This document shows positions 62,791-64,000 of a stretch of 64,000 nt of DNA, piece by piece. Made by a program: the position numbers and the translations under genes. Numbering within the stretch: position 1 is the first letter of the stretch; each line of letters starts with the position of its first letter. Source of the stretch: Klebsiella pneumoniae (GTDB taxonomy: Bacteria > Myxococcota_A > UBA796 > GCA-2862545). The stretch is from assembly GCA_945882675.1 (NCBI GenBank), contig CAMCWU010000001.1, forward strand, positions 763 to 64,762, in the 5' to 3' direction. The notes under the pieces were generated by a model. The model worked only from the letters and a program-made list of their open reading frames with translations, was not told where the DNA came from and searched no databases.

Positions 62791-64000
62791 ATGCTCGCCC
62801 TCCTCGCCCTGCTCGCCGGCTGCAACTCGAAGGACGCGGACGACACCGCGAGCGCCCTTCCGGCCGCCGTGTGCGGCGACTCCGCTGCGTGGTCGCCCGG
62901 GACCGAGATCTTCGAGGAGAAAGGCGACGCGTGGGGCCTCACCGGGGTGGAGGGCGTGCGCCTGACCGCCGTGGACTTCGACGGCGACGGCTGGACCGAC
63001 CTGCACGCCGCGCGCGTCACGGATACCCCGGACGACTTCGCGAAGGACGGCGTCCGCCAGACCTGGCTGCTCCGGAACGACAGCGGGAAGTTCGTGGACG
63101 TCACCGAGTCCTCGGGCTTCCGCGCCGCGCGGTCGGGCGGCGTCCAGCCGGGGTCCGTGGTCGCCTGGGCGGACGTCGACAACGACGGCGATCTCGACGC
63201 CTACGTGGGTGTCTCCGATCCGGCCGAGATCATCGCAGACACGAGCGAGATCCTGCTCAACGACGGAGACGGCACCTTCACGCCGGGCCCCGCGGACACC
63301 GCCGCGCGCCAGGAGCAGGGCGTCCCGGCGGGCGCGACCTTCACGGACTACGACCTCGACGGCCTGGTCGACCTGTGGGTGCCGCAGAACAGCATCGACT
63401 ACCAACCGCAGCAGGATCTGCTGTTCAAGGGCGTCGGAGGAGGAGACTTCCGGCCGGAGACCGTGCGCGCCGGCCTCGAGACGAAGCCGTGGAGCGCCGT
63501 CACCGACCTCAACCTCGGGCTGTCGCACAGCAACGCCTGGTCGGGCGCGGCGTGCGACCTGAACGACGACGGTTGGCCCGAGCTCCTGGCGAGCTCTTAC
63601 GGCCGCGCGCCGAACCACCTGTGGCAGTTCGACCCCGCGACCGGAAAGTACCTCAACCGCGCGGTCATGTCGGGGTACGCCTTCGACCACCGCCAGGACT
63701 GGTCCGACAACGAGTCGGCGCGCTGCTGGTGCACGCTCCACCGCGACGACCCGGGCTGCGCGGCCGTCCCAGAGCCCCAGGCCATCGCCTGCAACACGGA
63801 CGACGATGCGTTCCGGTGGAGCCACGACTATGACCGGGAGCCGTATCGCCTGGGCGGCAACAGCGGCACGGCATCGTGCCGGGACGTCGACAACGACGGC
63901 GACATCGACCTGCTGACGAGCGAGATCGTGCACTGGGACGTCGGCAGCTCGTCCGATCCCTCGGAGCTGATGCTCAACGATGGCGGGGCCGACCCGGTCT
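62791..64000 (+). CDS. FG-GAP/VCBS-repeat lipoprotein (CRTAC1/ASPIC-UnbV-like), 3' end outside window
   Basis: Not in the supplied ORF track. My own translation from ATG 62791 is open to base 64000. MLALLALLAGCNSKD lipobox. Repeated DxDGDG motifs (VDFDGDGWTDL, ADVDNDGDLDA, DVDNDGDIDLL). Nearly all codons end in G or C. Confidence 0.8.
   Translation, partial: MLALLALLAGCNSKDADDTASALPAAVCGDSAAWSPGTEIFEEKGDAWGLTGVEGVRLTAVDFDGDGWTDLHAARVTDTPDDFAKDGVRQTWLLRNDSGKFVDVTESSGFRAARSGGVQPGSVVAWADVDNDGDLDAYVGVSDPAEIIADTSEILLNDGDGTFTPGPADTAARQEQGVPAGATFTDYDLDGLVDLWVPQNSIDYQPQQDLLFKGVGGGDFRPETVRAGLETKPWSAVTDLNLGLSHSNAWSGAACDLNDDGWPELLASSYGRAPNHLWQFDPATGKYLNRAVMSGYAFDHRQDWSDNESARCWCTLHRDDPGCAAVPEPQAIACNTDDDAFRWSHDYDREPYRLGGNSGTASCRDVDNDGDIDLLTSEIVHWDVGSSSDPSELMLNDGGADPV

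Overview
Very GC-rich (roughly 70% by eye), densely coding chromosomal segment with about 55 CDS and two tRNA-Ser genes. It is almost certainly from a member of Myxococcota: two proteins end in MYXO-CTERM-type tails (Cys, hydrophobic stretch, RRxR), there are two Oar-type TonB-dependent transporters, and there are many lipoproteins. Main content in order: PP2C phosphatase fragment; sulfatase-like lipoprotein; cell-surface metzincin with a coupled partner, divergent from a transporter plus two lipoproteins; cca; alpha/beta hydrolase; tadA plus two tRNA-Ser; a fully overlap-coupled dnaX-ybaB-recR-thiS-rluA chain; an AsnB-like enzyme with a degenerate glutaminase domain; an IPT/TIG lipoprotein plus a second transporter; tamA-tamB; a class-V PLP enzyme; an operon containing a swivel-first fused aconitase-family protein and a Tgs1-like methyltransferase; codA; a reductive pyrimidine catabolism cluster (hydA-mmsA-aminotransferase-preT-preA); a DUF1501/DUF1553-like pair; a VOC protein; a small-protein/MYXO-CTERM/DUF1963 cluster; mitochondrial-type aconitase; a large NAD-glutamate dehydrogenase; a histidine phosphatase; and a 3'-truncated FG-GAP lipoprotein that is missing from the ORF track. 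I saw no rRNA, CRISPR array, transposase or integrase, prophage genes or recognisable defence genes. Most long ORFs in the supplied track are antisense or out-of-frame GC artefacts. Gene starts are often GTG or TTG, and neighbouring genes frequently overlap by 1 or 4 nt (ATGA, GTGA, TGATG). The best candidates for undescribed biology are: (1) the two transporter-lipoprotein modules, one facing a MYXO-CTERM protease; (2) a near-consensus sigma54 promoter plus upstream palindrome in front of tamAB; (3) the Cys-less AsnB homologue; (4) the orphan ThiS inside the dnaX-recR operon; (5) the small-protein/MYXO-CTERM/DUF1963 cluster. All functional calls come from motif recognition by eye. No database search was possible.
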